Below are positions 21,113 to 30,703 of a stretch of 64,000 bases of DNA, piece after piece. A program made the translations under genes and the position numbers. The stretch's first letter is position 1; each line of letters opens with the position of its first letter. Source of the stretch: Sedimentisphaerales bacterium (lineage in GTDB: Bacteria > Planctomycetota > Phycisphaerae > Sedimentisphaerales > Anaerobacaceae); NCBI GenBank assembly GCA_963708075.1, contig OY970194.1, forward strand, positions 4,384,001 to 4,448,000, in the 5' to 3' direction. The notes under the pieces are model-generated. The model worked only from the letters and a program-made list of their open reading frames with translations. It was not told the DNA's origin and did no database searches.

Positions 21113-21293
21113 TGAGCGACCTCCTGTGCCATGAAAGGAAGTGTAATCCCGAAACGAGTATGTCCCTGCTCTCACAATGAAACGAGCGTTCGACCGGACC
21201 TTTATAACGCAAAGGCGGGGCTTGTGCCAGTTGTCTGGCACAGGCCCCGCCAGGAATCCAAGTCATGGGGGAGACCGTGTGAGCTTACCGCCC

Positions 21294-24200
21294 TTACGGA
21301 GCAACCGCGGCGGAGCGGCCGAATCCGATATCATCGATGAAGAGTGTGCCGGTGCCAGTTGCCGAGGTTTTCTTGCGGTCGCCCACGCCGATGTACATTG
21401 TCTTAATTGCCGTGACATTGACTCCGCCGCTGCGGAGATCAGCCAGCGGAATGTTCCATGCCTGCCACGCATTCTGTAGCACCGCATCCGCATCCGGGTG
21501 ATTCACAACCATGGTGTGACCGGCGCTATCCTTCAGAGCAAGGTAGAGATTGTCGCGGTCGTTCAACTTGTGGTCGATGCCGATCTCGGCAAACTGCCAT
21601 GCCCCGGTTGCCCCGACACTTGTTGAGGCATTCGAGAACACGCCGGTGGTTCCCCTGCTGACATTGTGGCTGGTCACCGCGAGGCCGACATAGATGGTCC
21701 CCGCCATGCTGATCGTCTGGGGATTCCACGACATCGCCGTCCACTTGGAGCCATCTGTCGAGTAGTAGGCGCTAAACGCGCTGCCGACGCGTTCCATCTT
21801 CACCCACACGGGAGCCTGCAACGCGATCTGCTCTGCCGTCGCCACGCTCGTGTCGCTCGTCGCCGAGGCGGCGGCCGTCAATCTCGCCTGGAATCGCACG
21901 CCGTTTCCAGGCGTTGCGTATACACCGGCAAACTGCGCGTCCGGCGACAGGCTCTGGCGAATCATCACGCCGGCCTTGGCCCAGGGATCGGTATTCTCAA
22001 TGCTGTCCACCCGGGCGATGATCGAGCCGTCGCCGTTGAGCGACTTGTAGGCGAAGGTGAATTGATCGGCGGTGCCGAAGATGTCCGACCCGCCCGCACC
22101 CATGGTGATACTGCCGGATGGGCTCTGGATGAACCCGACCGGATTGCCCTGGAACCATACCTGGAGAGTGTCGGCGCCGTTGAGCGTCCAGTTCTGAGGC
22201 GTCTCCCAGATCCGCTCGATTTCCGAGTAGTACGGTGAATTGACGTTGTTGTACTCCACGGGCATCGACTGCTTGCCACCGTGGATGATCACAGTCTCCA
22301 TAATGGAGCCGACCTCGGGATTATAGCCGATCATCGAGCCGGTTGAGTTGCCCGGGTTACCCGTCGGGAAGAACTCGTCCTCGGAGAAGCCCCAGCCGTC
22401 GATCCAGGTCTGGAAGACCCGGTTCGGCGACTCATTCGTGTAGCTCTCGAAGTCGTCGATGGGGAAGTACTCCAGCGTGGAGAAACTCCACACGTCGCCT
22501 TCCCATGCACTGGGGGTCACCGCCTGGTTGACCTCCACGACCTTCCAGTAGTAGGTCTTTCCCACCTCAAGGTTGAGCGAGGCCGGATCATAGCTGTTCG
22601 GGCTCACTGTACCCACCAGGGCTGTACTATCCACCACCGCCTGCCTGTCGGCACTGAAGTATACCTCGTGTGATGCGGCGTCCCTTCCCCCTCGCCAGCT
22701 CAGGACCGCATTGGGGTTCACGCCGGTTCCGCCCGAGGCGGGTACCGGCTCGGTGGCGTGGGCCGGGATGTAGAAGAACTTCACTTCGCTCAGACCATAT
22801 TGCTTCGTGACATCGGCCCAGTTGCTCGTGGGAGTCAGCTTAACGTACATGGCCGCTACACCGCGGAAATCCAGGGTCGTATTCTGAGCGTAGCCTTCCG
22901 CAGATGTGCCCTGGGCAAATTCGAAATCGCCCAGCGGCAGCCAATCCGTGCCGTTGACGGAGTACTCTACCGTGACGGCCTTGAAGCCCGCGCCGAGAAC
23001 GGACTCGATGCCTATGTTATAGTTCCAAATCCGCATCTCGTGGAGCTTATAGACTCTGTCGAACTGGTACTCAATCCAGGTGGGCTGTGGACCGCCCTTG
23101 GCGCTGAGCCACATGGTCTTATCCACCGTCGAGTGCAGGCCGTTGTCATCCAGTCCCGAGCCATTGACCGTATTCTCCGGCCCTCCCGACGCGCTGGAGC
23201 TCGATGCCGTGGCAACGATGTTCTTGACTTCGCGGGCGAAGGGCTCGACCGTGAAGCTCCAGACAGCGCCCGTGTGCACCATAGAATCAGGCGGGCCATT
23301 GACCTCATCGACGCGCCAGTAGTACGTCCGGCCATACTCAAGGTGGCCGGGCGGGTCGTAGCTGTTGGCATCCTGATGTAAGCTCATCAGCACCGTCGGT
23401 GAGCCACCGGCACCGGCGGCGCTGACGCTCTCCAGGGAGGTCCCGAAGTACACGTCGTGCGCCACAGCGACGCTCGCCGGACTCCAGCCCAGGACCACAT
23501 CGCGACAGACATCCGTCGCCTCGTCCGCCGGATTCGGGTCACGAGCCTGCGCCGGCGCGGCTCCGACCTCGCCCTCCAGCTTCGCTCCTCCCTGGCCGGT
23601 GTTCCAGTCCACTTCGCGAATCATGGCGCTCTGACCCACCGGAGCAGACAACAGCAGGACGATGATCCCATCCGTATCGGTATTGACGAAATCCGCAAGG
23701 GCCTGACTCGTCGGGCTTGACGCCCTTACGTCCACCGCCGGCGTGCGAAAGCTCAGCAGCGGGCCGACGAGGTCGGCCATATCAAGCTCCACGGGGGCGC
23801 TGAGAGCCGGAGCCGGATCATTCTTGACTCCGGGTGCCGTGTTCCACGTGAGATTCTGAAAATCTGCGACCGTGTGATCCTGACTCTCAATGACCCCGTA
23901 TACATCCACGTCGCCGGCGCCATACCCGTACACGCTGATGCTCACGTTGGAGACGACGCCCCCGCTGCTTCGAATCGAGGAGATGTCGAACTTGAGAAAT
24001 CCCACCCGCCGCCTGGGTGCGTCGATGTTCCGGATATGGATCGCGGGCGTATTGTAGACGGTGCTGGGCCCATACTGGGAATCATTGCACACGTGCCCAT
24101 CATCGACCACCAACAGACTGAAGGGCGTGGCTCCCCAAAGACCACTGCCCAGGCTCAGCAACGTAACAAGGCAGACTGCGAATACACGCGGTTTCGACAT
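21294..24200 (-). CDS. Secreted modular protein (variable N-domain + Ig-like + discoidin/F5-8-like + Ig-like + CBM-like), paralog A
   Basis: Signal peptide; GFLKFDIS N-domain (DNRLRE/CBM96-like); HDVYFGT..TYYWRVDEVN; ATASS..WIEYQFD..GLSEV; DDFESY..FQTWIDG. Confidence 0.8.
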   Translation of the reverse strand: MSKPRVFAVCLVTLLSLGSGLWGATPFSLLVVDDGHVCNDSQYGPSTVYNTPAIHIRNIDAPRRRVGFLKFDISSIRSSGGVVSNVSISVYGYGAGDVDVYGVIESQDHTVADFQNLTWNTAPGVKNDPAPALSAPVELDMADLVGPLLSFRTPAVDVRASSPTSQALADFVNTDTDGIIVLLLSAPVGQSAMIREVDWNTGQGGAKLEGEVGAAPAQARDPNPADEATDVCRDVVLGWSPASVAVAHDVYFGTSLESVSAAGAGGSPTVLMSLHQDANSYDPPGHLEYGRTYYWRVDEVNGPPDSMVHTGAVWSFTVEPFAREVKNIVATASSSSASGGPENTVNGSGLDDNGLHSTVDKTMWLSAKGGPQPTWIEYQFDRVYKLHEMRIWNYNIGIESVLGAGFKAVTVEYSVNGTDWLPLGDFEFAQGTSAEGYAQNTTLDFRGVAAMYVKLTPTSNWADVTKQYGLSEVKFFYIPAHATEPVPASGGTGVNPNAVLSWRGGRDAASHEVYFSADRQAVVDSTALVGTVSPNSYDPASLNLEVGKTYYWKVVEVNQAVTPSAWEGDVWSFSTLEYFPIDDFESYTNESPNRVFQTWIDGWGFSEDEFFPTGNPGNSTGSMIGYNPEVGSIMETVIIHGGKQSMPVEYNNVNSPYYSEIERIWETPQNWTLNGADTLQVWFQGNPVGFIQSPSGSITMGAGGSDIFGTADQFTFAYKSLNGDGSIIARVDSIENTDPWAKAGVMIRQSLSPDAQFAGVYATPGNGVRFQARLTAAASATSDTSVATAEQIALQAPVWVKMERVGSAFSAYYSTDGSKWTAMSWNPQTISMAGTIYVGLAVTSHNVSRGTTGVFSNASTSVGATGAWQFAEIGIDHKLNDRDNLYLALKDSAGHTMVVNHPDADAVLQNAWQAWNIPLADLRSGGVNVTAIKTMYIGVGDRKKTSATGTGTLFIDDIGFGRSAAVAP

Positions 24201-24245
24201 ACCACAATCCTCCGAAAATACAAGACCTTTCACACGTCTTCCACC

Positions 24246-27101
24246 CTACGGGGCAGTCGCGGGCCGACCGAACCCGATATCGTCAATGAACAACAATCCC
24301 GCCCCGCCGGCGGATGCGTTCTTGCGATCGCCGACGCCGATGAACATCTTCTTGATCCCCTTGGTATCGACGCCCGATTTGCGGAAATCAGCCAGCGGGA
24401 TATTCCACTCCTGCCAGGTGTCCAGCAGCACGGCATCCGGATTCGGATGAGTCACGACGCCGGTGTGTCCGGCGCTGTCCTGCAGAACGACATACAGGCT
24501 GCCCCGGTCGTTGAGCAGATGGTCCACCCCAATCTCGGCGAATTTCCACGCGCCGCTGACACCGCCGCTTGTGGCGGCATTGGAGAACTGGGCCGTGCAG
24601 CCGACTCCGGCCGCATGGCTGGTCAACGCCAGACCGACGAATACGTTCGCGGTCATTGGAATCGACAGAGATGACGGCGACGCCGGATCCGTCGGCTCGA
24701 CCATGGGCTCCCACTTGACTCCGTCGCTCGAATGAGCGGCCGTGATCGTGTCGCCGTCACGGGTGATTCGGAGCCAGTGCGGCAAGGTGATCGCGCCGGG
24801 GTCGCTGCGCGTGCTGTCGGAGGTGCCCATGAGCTGCTGGCGGTACTGCCAGCCGACACGGCCGTCGGGCGTAACATAGGCCATCCCGTTCTTGGAATCG
24901 GCGCCAAGGTTGTCGCGAATCATCACGCCGGCCTTGGCCCACACATCGGTCTGCTCCACGCTATCGACGCGGACGGTGATCGAGCCATTGCCGTTGAGCG
25001 GCTTGTAGGCATAGGTGAATTCGTCGGCGACGTCGAAGATGTCCGCCCCGGCGGCACTCATGGTGATGGTTCCCGCCTTCTCTTCGAAGCCGATCGGATT
25101 GCCCCGGAAGAAGACCTGCAGCGTGTCGGAGCCGTAGACTGTCCAATCCTGGGGCGTGTCAAAGGTCCGCTCGGCCTCGGAATAGTACGGCTGATTGACG
25201 TTGTTGTATTCCAGCGGCATGGCCTGCCTGCCGCCATGGATAATGGTCTTCTCCAGGGTCGCGCCTGCCTCAGGATCATAGCCGACCATGGAGCCCGTGT
25301 TGTTGCCGGGATTGCCCTTGGGGAAGTACGGGTCCTCCGAGAAGCCCCAGCCGTCAATCCAGGTCTGGAAGACCCGGTTCGGCGAGTCATCCGTGTAGCC
25401 CTCGAAATCATCCACGAGGAAGAAGCTCAGCGTGGAGAAGCTCCAGACGCTGCCCGGCCATGCGCCGGGGCTGGCAGCCTCGTTCACCTCGACCACTTTC
25501 CAGTAATAGGTCTTGCTCAGCTCGATGGCCGAAGGCGTGTAGCGTGCCTCAGTCGGTTTGCCGGCCAGAGCCACCCCGTCTGCCACGGCCTGGCTATCCG
25601 TGCTGAGGTACACCTCGTGCACGGCAGCTTCTCGTCCCGGCCGCCAGCTCAGGACGACATCCGGATTCACACCCGTCGCTCCGGAAGCCGGATTCGGCTG
25701 CCGGGGCTGGGCCGCGATGTAGTAGAATCGCACCTCGCTCAGGCCGTACTGGATGATCCCTCTGTCACCCCAGTTGCTCTTGATCGTCAGCCGAACATGC
25801 TTGGCCGCCACGCCGTCAAAGCTCACGGTCGTGTTGAACGCATATCCCTCCTCGCCCGGGGCTTGGGCGAACTGCCTGTCGCCAAGCGACATCCAGTCCG
25901 TGCCGTTGACGGAGTACTCCACGGTGACATCCTTGACGCCGAAACCGGCGATGGACTCGACCGAGATGTTATAGTTCCACACGCGCATCTCGTGCAGCTT
26001 GTAGATCCCGTCGAACTCGTACTGAATCCAGGTCGGCGCCGGAGCGTCCTTCACGCTGAGCCACATCGTGGTATCGACCATCGAATGCTGCTCACTGGCG
26101 TTCATCCCGGACCCGTTGACCGTGTTCTGAGGCGTCAAGCCCTCTTTGGTGGTGGAGGCTGTGGCGGTGATGTTCGCCATCAGGTACATGAACGGCTCGA
26201 CGGTGAAGCTCCACACGCCGCCTCTGTGAATCGTGGAATCCGGGGGTGCATTGACCTCATCGATCCGCCAGTAATAGGTCTTGTCGAGTTCGAGCCGTCC
26301 GGGCGGGTCATAGGTGTTGGCGTCTTGTCCCTGGCTCACCAGTACGCCCAGAGGATTCGCCCTGCTGGCGTTGGTCACGTCGGCGAGGACCGTCCCGAAA
26401 TAGACGTCGTGCGTCACGGCAAAAGGCCCGGGCTTCCAGCCAAGGATTACCTCCCTCGGCACATCCGTTGCACCACCGGCCGGACTGGGGACCAGGGCGC
26501 TGGCCGGCACGCCGCGAGGGCTTTCCGCCGGACCGTCGCCCTCGGGCGTGAAGTCCGGATTCGTCGTCACGACAATCTTGTCGACGATCAGACCATCCTC
26601 ACGCACCCAGAGATTCAGGGTATGCGTACCGGGGGTGGTAATGTCAAGCGTAGCCCGCCCGCCGGAGCGATTGTTGGACCACGCGTAGACAACGTTCCAG
26701 CCGCTCATCCACTCAGCGGTCAGGGTCTCCTTGCCGTCCAGGCCCACGTGGCAGGAATCGTCGTTGCCCGTGGCGCCGAAGGCCCGCACCCACACATAGT
26801 GCGTCCCGGTCGTGACGAAATTGATCTGATAGCCCAGGCTCGGGGATGACGCGGCATACCCCGTCTTGATGACGCCTGCGCCATTGCATTGCATGCCTTT
26901 GACGCCGGTGAAACCGCCCGTCGGCCCGACCTCCACCCATTTCACCGTGCCCTTGGCGATGTTCTCATCGAAGTGCTCTGCCTCCATGGACACCATGCCA
27001 CCGGCCCCCCCATCCTGCTGGAATGGCTTGGCGGCTTGCACCCTTGTGCCCACGACGAACAACAAAGCCAGACAGGTAAGATAGAACGACGGCTTACACA
27101 T
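24246..27101 (-). CDS. Secreted modular protein, paralog B
   Basis: GAGGAGG RBS; signal peptide; MEAEHF..REDGLIVDKIV beta-sandwich N-domain; same conserved core as paralog A. Confidence 0.8.
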   Translation of the reverse strand: MCKPSFYLTCLALLFVVGTRVQAAKPFQQDGGAGGMVSMEAEHFDENIAKGTVKWVEVGPTGGFTGVKGMQCNGAGVIKTGYAASSPSLGYQINFVTTGTHYVWVRAFGATGNDDSCHVGLDGKETLTAEWMSGWNVVYAWSNNRSGGRATLDITTPGTHTLNLWVREDGLIVDKIVVTTNPDFTPEGDGPAESPRGVPASALVPSPAGGATDVPREVILGWKPGPFAVTHDVYFGTVLADVTNASRANPLGVLVSQGQDANTYDPPGRLELDKTYYWRIDEVNAPPDSTIHRGGVWSFTVEPFMYLMANITATASTTKEGLTPQNTVNGSGMNASEQHSMVDTTMWLSVKDAPAPTWIQYEFDGIYKLHEMRVWNYNISVESIAGFGVKDVTVEYSVNGTDWMSLGDRQFAQAPGEEGYAFNTTVSFDGVAAKHVRLTIKSNWGDRGIIQYGLSEVRFYYIAAQPRQPNPASGATGVNPDVVLSWRPGREAAVHEVYLSTDSQAVADGVALAGKPTEARYTPSAIELSKTYYWKVVEVNEAASPGAWPGSVWSFSTLSFFLVDDFEGYTDDSPNRVFQTWIDGWGFSEDPYFPKGNPGNNTGSMVGYDPEAGATLEKTIIHGGRQAMPLEYNNVNQPYYSEAERTFDTPQDWTVYGSDTLQVFFRGNPIGFEEKAGTITMSAAGADIFDVADEFTYAYKPLNGNGSITVRVDSVEQTDVWAKAGVMIRDNLGADSKNGMAYVTPDGRVGWQYRQQLMGTSDSTRSDPGAITLPHWLRITRDGDTITAAHSSDGVKWEPMVEPTDPASPSSLSIPMTANVFVGLALTSHAAGVGCTAQFSNAATSGGVSGAWKFAEIGVDHLLNDRGSLYVVLQDSAGHTGVVTHPNPDAVLLDTWQEWNIPLADFRKSGVDTKGIKKMFIGVGDRKNASAGGAGLLFIDDIGFGRPATAP

Positions 27102-27392
27102 GGCAGTCCTCCTCTGGTTCAAGATTGCATCACCAACGCCCGTAGCCCGACGCAGCGCGCCGGCATCAGATCATACGGCCTTCATTGTACAGAATGCCCC
27201 CCCTGGCGTCAATCCACGGGGAGGCATTGCATGAGATGGGGCCTGTCCCGGAAGGAGGGCTCGGTCCAGGCCCCGTGCCGATACGCGACTGTACTTATCC
27301 ACCGAAACCTGCCGCCCTGAAACGTCACTGTGCTGTGTCCTCCGGATGTCACTGCTCTTTGCGAATAGGGCCGACTTGGTAGCACCATCTCC

Positions 27393-27421
27393 ATTATCGG
27401 GATTCCATGGCACCCGGGCAA
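27393..27421 (-). promoter_or_regulatory. Candidate sigma70 promoter for paralog B
   Basis: TTGCCC-17nt-GATAAT on the minus strand, ~290 nt upstream of ATG 27101. Confidence 0.3.
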
Positions 27422-27454
27422 CGCAGGATTGCGTTTTTCTTTCACCAATTTGCG

Positions 27455-28351
27455 TCACTCGAGCCAGTCAATGTGCATCCTGTACGTGAGGGGCTGGTAC
27501 TCTCTGTGCCATCGGAGTTGCCAGAGGTCCGTGAGCATGACCTTGCCGGCAGATCCATCCATGAAGGTCACGTTGATGCCTCTGCTGTGCCTGTTGATCG
27601 TCAGTCTCGCCATGTCCCAGTTCCAATCGCCGGGCTCGTCGGGGTTCTTCCGCTCCCACCAGTCCTCGGTGGGCGTAGGGTCGCCGCCATTGGCCCAGGA
27701 GTTGTCCTGAGGGCTGATGGGATTCGTGCCGAACCAGGTGCAGTCGCTGACCATCGGGATTTCCGCCGTCTGCCTGGCCTGGGTGGTCTTCCACTGGCGT
27801 TTCGGCTGGCTCCTCCAGCCCATCGTGGACGGCGGGTCCACCGAGCAGATCCAGAAATTGATCCCGTAGCTGCCGTAATTCTTTTCCGCGTCGGGGCCGA
27901 ACTTGTGGTTGAGCATGATCTGCCCGGGACCCCACTGGCAGAACGTCGTGCCGATGCCGCCGTTGATGCCGTTGCGCCTGCTGGCGCTGGGACAGACGCG
28001 AAACTCATCGATATCGCCGTAGAGGCGGCTCAGGTTGGGCATCCATCCGCCCTGGGCAACGCCGGTCTGCCAGACGTTGTGCTCCGTCCAGAATTTGTCG
28101 CTGTTGTCGGTCGTGTACATGAGAAAGATGGTTCCCCACTGGCGCAGGTGCGCGATGCACACAGCAGATTGGCCGAGCTTCCTCGCCTTGCTCAACGCCG
28201 GCATCAGGATGCCCATCAGCAGCGCGATGACGGCAATCACCACCAGCAGCTCGATGAGAGTGAACGCGGCACTCGCCGGGCCGCGCGCCGGGCAGTGGAC
28301 GACGCGGCTTCTATGCCTTTCGGTCCGTTGTGTCCGCCTTCTCTCCGGCAT
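27455..28351 (-). CDS. Prepilin-type N-terminal cleavage/methylation protein (DUF1559/H-X9-DG type)
   Basis: [29 protein letters not shown]...C..HLRQWG; HSRGINVTFMDG. Confidence 0.9.
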   Translation of the reverse strand: MPERRRTQRTERHRSRVVHCPARGPASAAFTLIELLVVIAVIALLMGILMPALSKARKLGQSAVCIAHLRQWGTIFLMYTTDNSDKFWTEHNVWQTGVAQGGWMPNLSRLYGDIDEFRVCPSASRRNGINGGIGTTFCQWGPGQIMLNHKFGPDAEKNYGSYGINFWICSVDPPSTMGWRSQPKRQWKTTQARQTAEIPMVSDCTWFGTNPISPQDNSWANGGDPTPTEDWWERKNPDEPGDWNWDMARLTINRHSRGINVTFMDGSAGKVMLTDLWQLRWHREYQPLTYRMHIDWLE

Positions 28352-28393
28352 GATTGCACATTCGACCGATCCTACGCCTTGTGAGGCGCGCTC

Positions 28394-29191
28394 TCAGTTG
28401 CGGGTCGGCGTGTAGCCCAACTCGCCGAAGACGCCCCGCTGGACACGATGCAGATCCTCATTGCCCGCCTGCGTCGATTCACCCGAGAGACGCGGACCAT
28501 TCTGCCAGGCACCGATCTCCATCTTGGCGACATCGAGCGTGCGAGGGTCCTTCCACTTCCAGTATTCGCTGTGCGCATCGGCGAAGGAGAAGTTCGTGCC
28601 GTCACCGTGCCGAGCGGTGATCTGATCCCACCAGCGCTCCTGATCAAACCAGATCGTCCAACTGGAGGGACTGAGCCGGCCCTCATCCAGGAAGATGATC
28701 TGCTCGCTCAGACTGCGGATCTGAGTCTTCAGGGTCTTGATGTGCGGCTTAATTGACTCCGTGATGAACCAGTGGCCGTTCATGGAATCGGGAATGGCGT
28801 AGGTGACGACCTCGCCGCGAACGCCCGTCGGGCACTTGTACAACCTGTCGTTGGGGCAGTACCGGTAGATCAGTCCCCGTCGAAGTCCGTCAATCTTCTC
28901 CTGCTGCGTTGCGGTAGCGCTGTTCACGAAGTAAACCCAACACACGCCATCCCGGTTAGAGGCCCCGGTGGATGTGCTTCCACTCATGATCTTGGCGTCG
29001 TAGTCGTCGGCGTAGAGATTCCACGCCAGCGCCATCTGCTTGGTATTACCCATGCAGGCGGCTCGCTTGCCCTGCTCCCTCGCCCGGCTGAGGGCCGGCA
29101 TGAGGATCGACATGAGCAAAGCGATAATGGCGATGACGACCAGCAACTCGATGAGTGTAAACGCACGTGAGGTTCTCTGCTGCCTGTTCAT
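28394..29191 (-). CDS. Prepilin-type N-terminal cleavage/methylation protein (DUF1559/H-X9-DG type)
   Basis: [29 protein letters not shown]...[19 protein letters not shown]. Confidence 0.9.
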   Translation of the reverse strand: MNRQQRTSRAFTLIELLVVIAIIALLMSILMPALSRAREQGKRAACMGNTKQMALAWNLYADDYDAKIMSGSTSTGASNRDGVCWVYFVNSATATQQEKIDGLRRGLIYRYCPNDRLYKCPTGVRGEVVTYAIPDSMNGHWFITESIKPHIKTLKTQIRSLSEQIIFLDEGRLSPSSWTIWFDQERWWDQITARHGDGTNFSFADAHSEYWKWKDPRTLDVAKMEIGAWQNGPRLSGESTQAGNEDLHRVQRGVFGELGYTPTRN

Positions 29192-29227
29192 AGTCTTTTC
29201 ACCTATATCGCATCATGAAGTACATCG

Positions 29228-30388
29228 TTACTCCGTGTCCCTCGTCCACCCGTATTCATACGCGGCATCGAACAGTGCCACGATATTCTCCGGCGGCACG
29301 TCCGCCTGGATATTGTGGATACTGTTGAACACGTATCCACCTCCCGGCTTGAACGTCTCCATGTTGCGGCGGACCTGCTCGCGAACCTGCTCGGGCGTCG
29401 CGGAGGGCAGGACATGCTGGCTGTCGCAGCCCCCGCCCCAGAACACCATGTCGCGGCCGTACCGCTGCTTCAGCAGCGCCGGGTCCATCCCGGCGGCACT
29501 CGTCTGCACCGGGTTGAGAATATCGATCCCATTGTCGAGCAAATCCGGTATATATTCAACGCAACTGCCACACGTATGATACCAGATTTTTGCCTGTGTG
29601 AGCGATTTTATTCGCTGCACGAGCGTTTTTTGGCGGGGCTTGACGACCCGGCGATAGAAGGCCGGCGAGAACAGCGGTCCGCTCTGGCCGGCCAGGTCGT
29701 CGCCGATCATCACCACGTCAACGAGGTCGCCGACCTCCCGCATGAAGCCCGTCAGGTAATCCAGCCAGAACGCCAGGGTGCGGTCCAGCAGGGCGGCACA
29801 GAACTCCGGCTGCTCGATCATATCCATGAACCACCGCTCCAGGCCCCGCAAGTACCAGCAGTACTCATACACGACGCCGCTGATCCCGGTGGCCAGGGCG
29901 TAAGGAGTTTCCTTACGAAGGGTCTGCGCGTGCTTGCGGACGCCGGTAAACCGCGTCGGGTCGGCGCCGTTTGGCCAGGGATAGGCTGCAAGGTCCTTGA
30001 TGCCGGCCGACGCCAGCGGGTGGTGTGAGATGTCCATATACAGGCCGTGGTCGGCGGGCATGGACCAAATAACGCCGAACTCGTCCTTCAGGTCGTGCCA
30101 CAGCCGGCCGTTGCGCTCGACCTTGCGAATCGTGCCGTCGAAACCATCCGGCCCGTGGGCCAGGACGTAGCGGGTGTCCACGTGGAATCGCTGCAGCAGC
30201 TCCTCGCACGGCCGGGCCAGTTGCTGCACAGGGTCCAGGATCGTCACCTCATCCCTGATACCCATGTGATCGATCAGCCGGCGATAGGCATTCCTGTGAA
30301 TCCCCGTCTGGAACCCGCCGAAATCGATGGGGACCCGGTCGGGCGATTCATGGTTCAGCGCCTTGCGAACACGTTCTCTCGAAGTCAT
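29228..30388 (-). CDS. Uroporphyrinogen decarboxylase/MtaA-CmuA family protein
   Basis: MTSRERV..ALNH..PDRVPID, DEFG, GDDLAGQ, YHTCG, ILNPVQ, FWGGG, PGGGYVF..HNIQ..PPEN. Confidence 0.85.
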   Translation of the reverse strand: MTSRERVRKALNHESPDRVPIDFGGFQTGIHRNAYRRLIDHMGIRDEVTILDPVQQLARPCEELLQRFHVDTRYVLAHGPDGFDGTIRKVERNGRLWHDLKDEFGVIWSMPADHGLYMDISHHPLASAGIKDLAAYPWPNGADPTRFTGVRKHAQTLRKETPYALATGISGVVYEYCWYLRGLERWFMDMIEQPEFCAALLDRTLAFWLDYLTGFMREVGDLVDVVMIGDDLAGQSGPLFSPAFYRRVVKPRQKTLVQRIKSLTQAKIWYHTCGSCVEYIPDLLDNGIDILNPVQTSAAGMDPALLKQRYGRDMVFWGGGCDSQHVLPSATPEQVREQVRRNMETFKPGGGYVFNSIHNIQADVPPENIVALFDAAYEYGWTRDTE

Positions 30389-30703
30389 CTTTCCCTCAAG
30401 CACTACCTGGCCAACTCTGTTTCGATCCATGGGCATCCCCAGGATCATACACTGTCACGAACGCAAAGGGAAGAGAACCGGGCAACGTCGAAAAGACGGA
30501 ACATTTTTTGGGTGACGCCGCCACGTTCGTCTATAATGAGTGTTCCAGGAGCAGGGTAGTCATGGAGGCATCGGCGCCGGGCGGGCCCGCGACAGGGTTC
30601 GCAGGGGCTCCCGGCACACGTTCAACGGAGGAACAGGGCACCCGTGCGATCAGCAGCGTCCCGGCTACGAAGGGCTTGAGCTTGTCTTTTGGAGGTCATG
30701 GTA

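Noticed and set aside
27123..27390. Riboswitch in the long leader of paralog B (and in 30540-30690)
   Set aside because: Hairpins are present but I could not match a known aptamer consensus by eye; an Rfam/Infernal scan would be needed.
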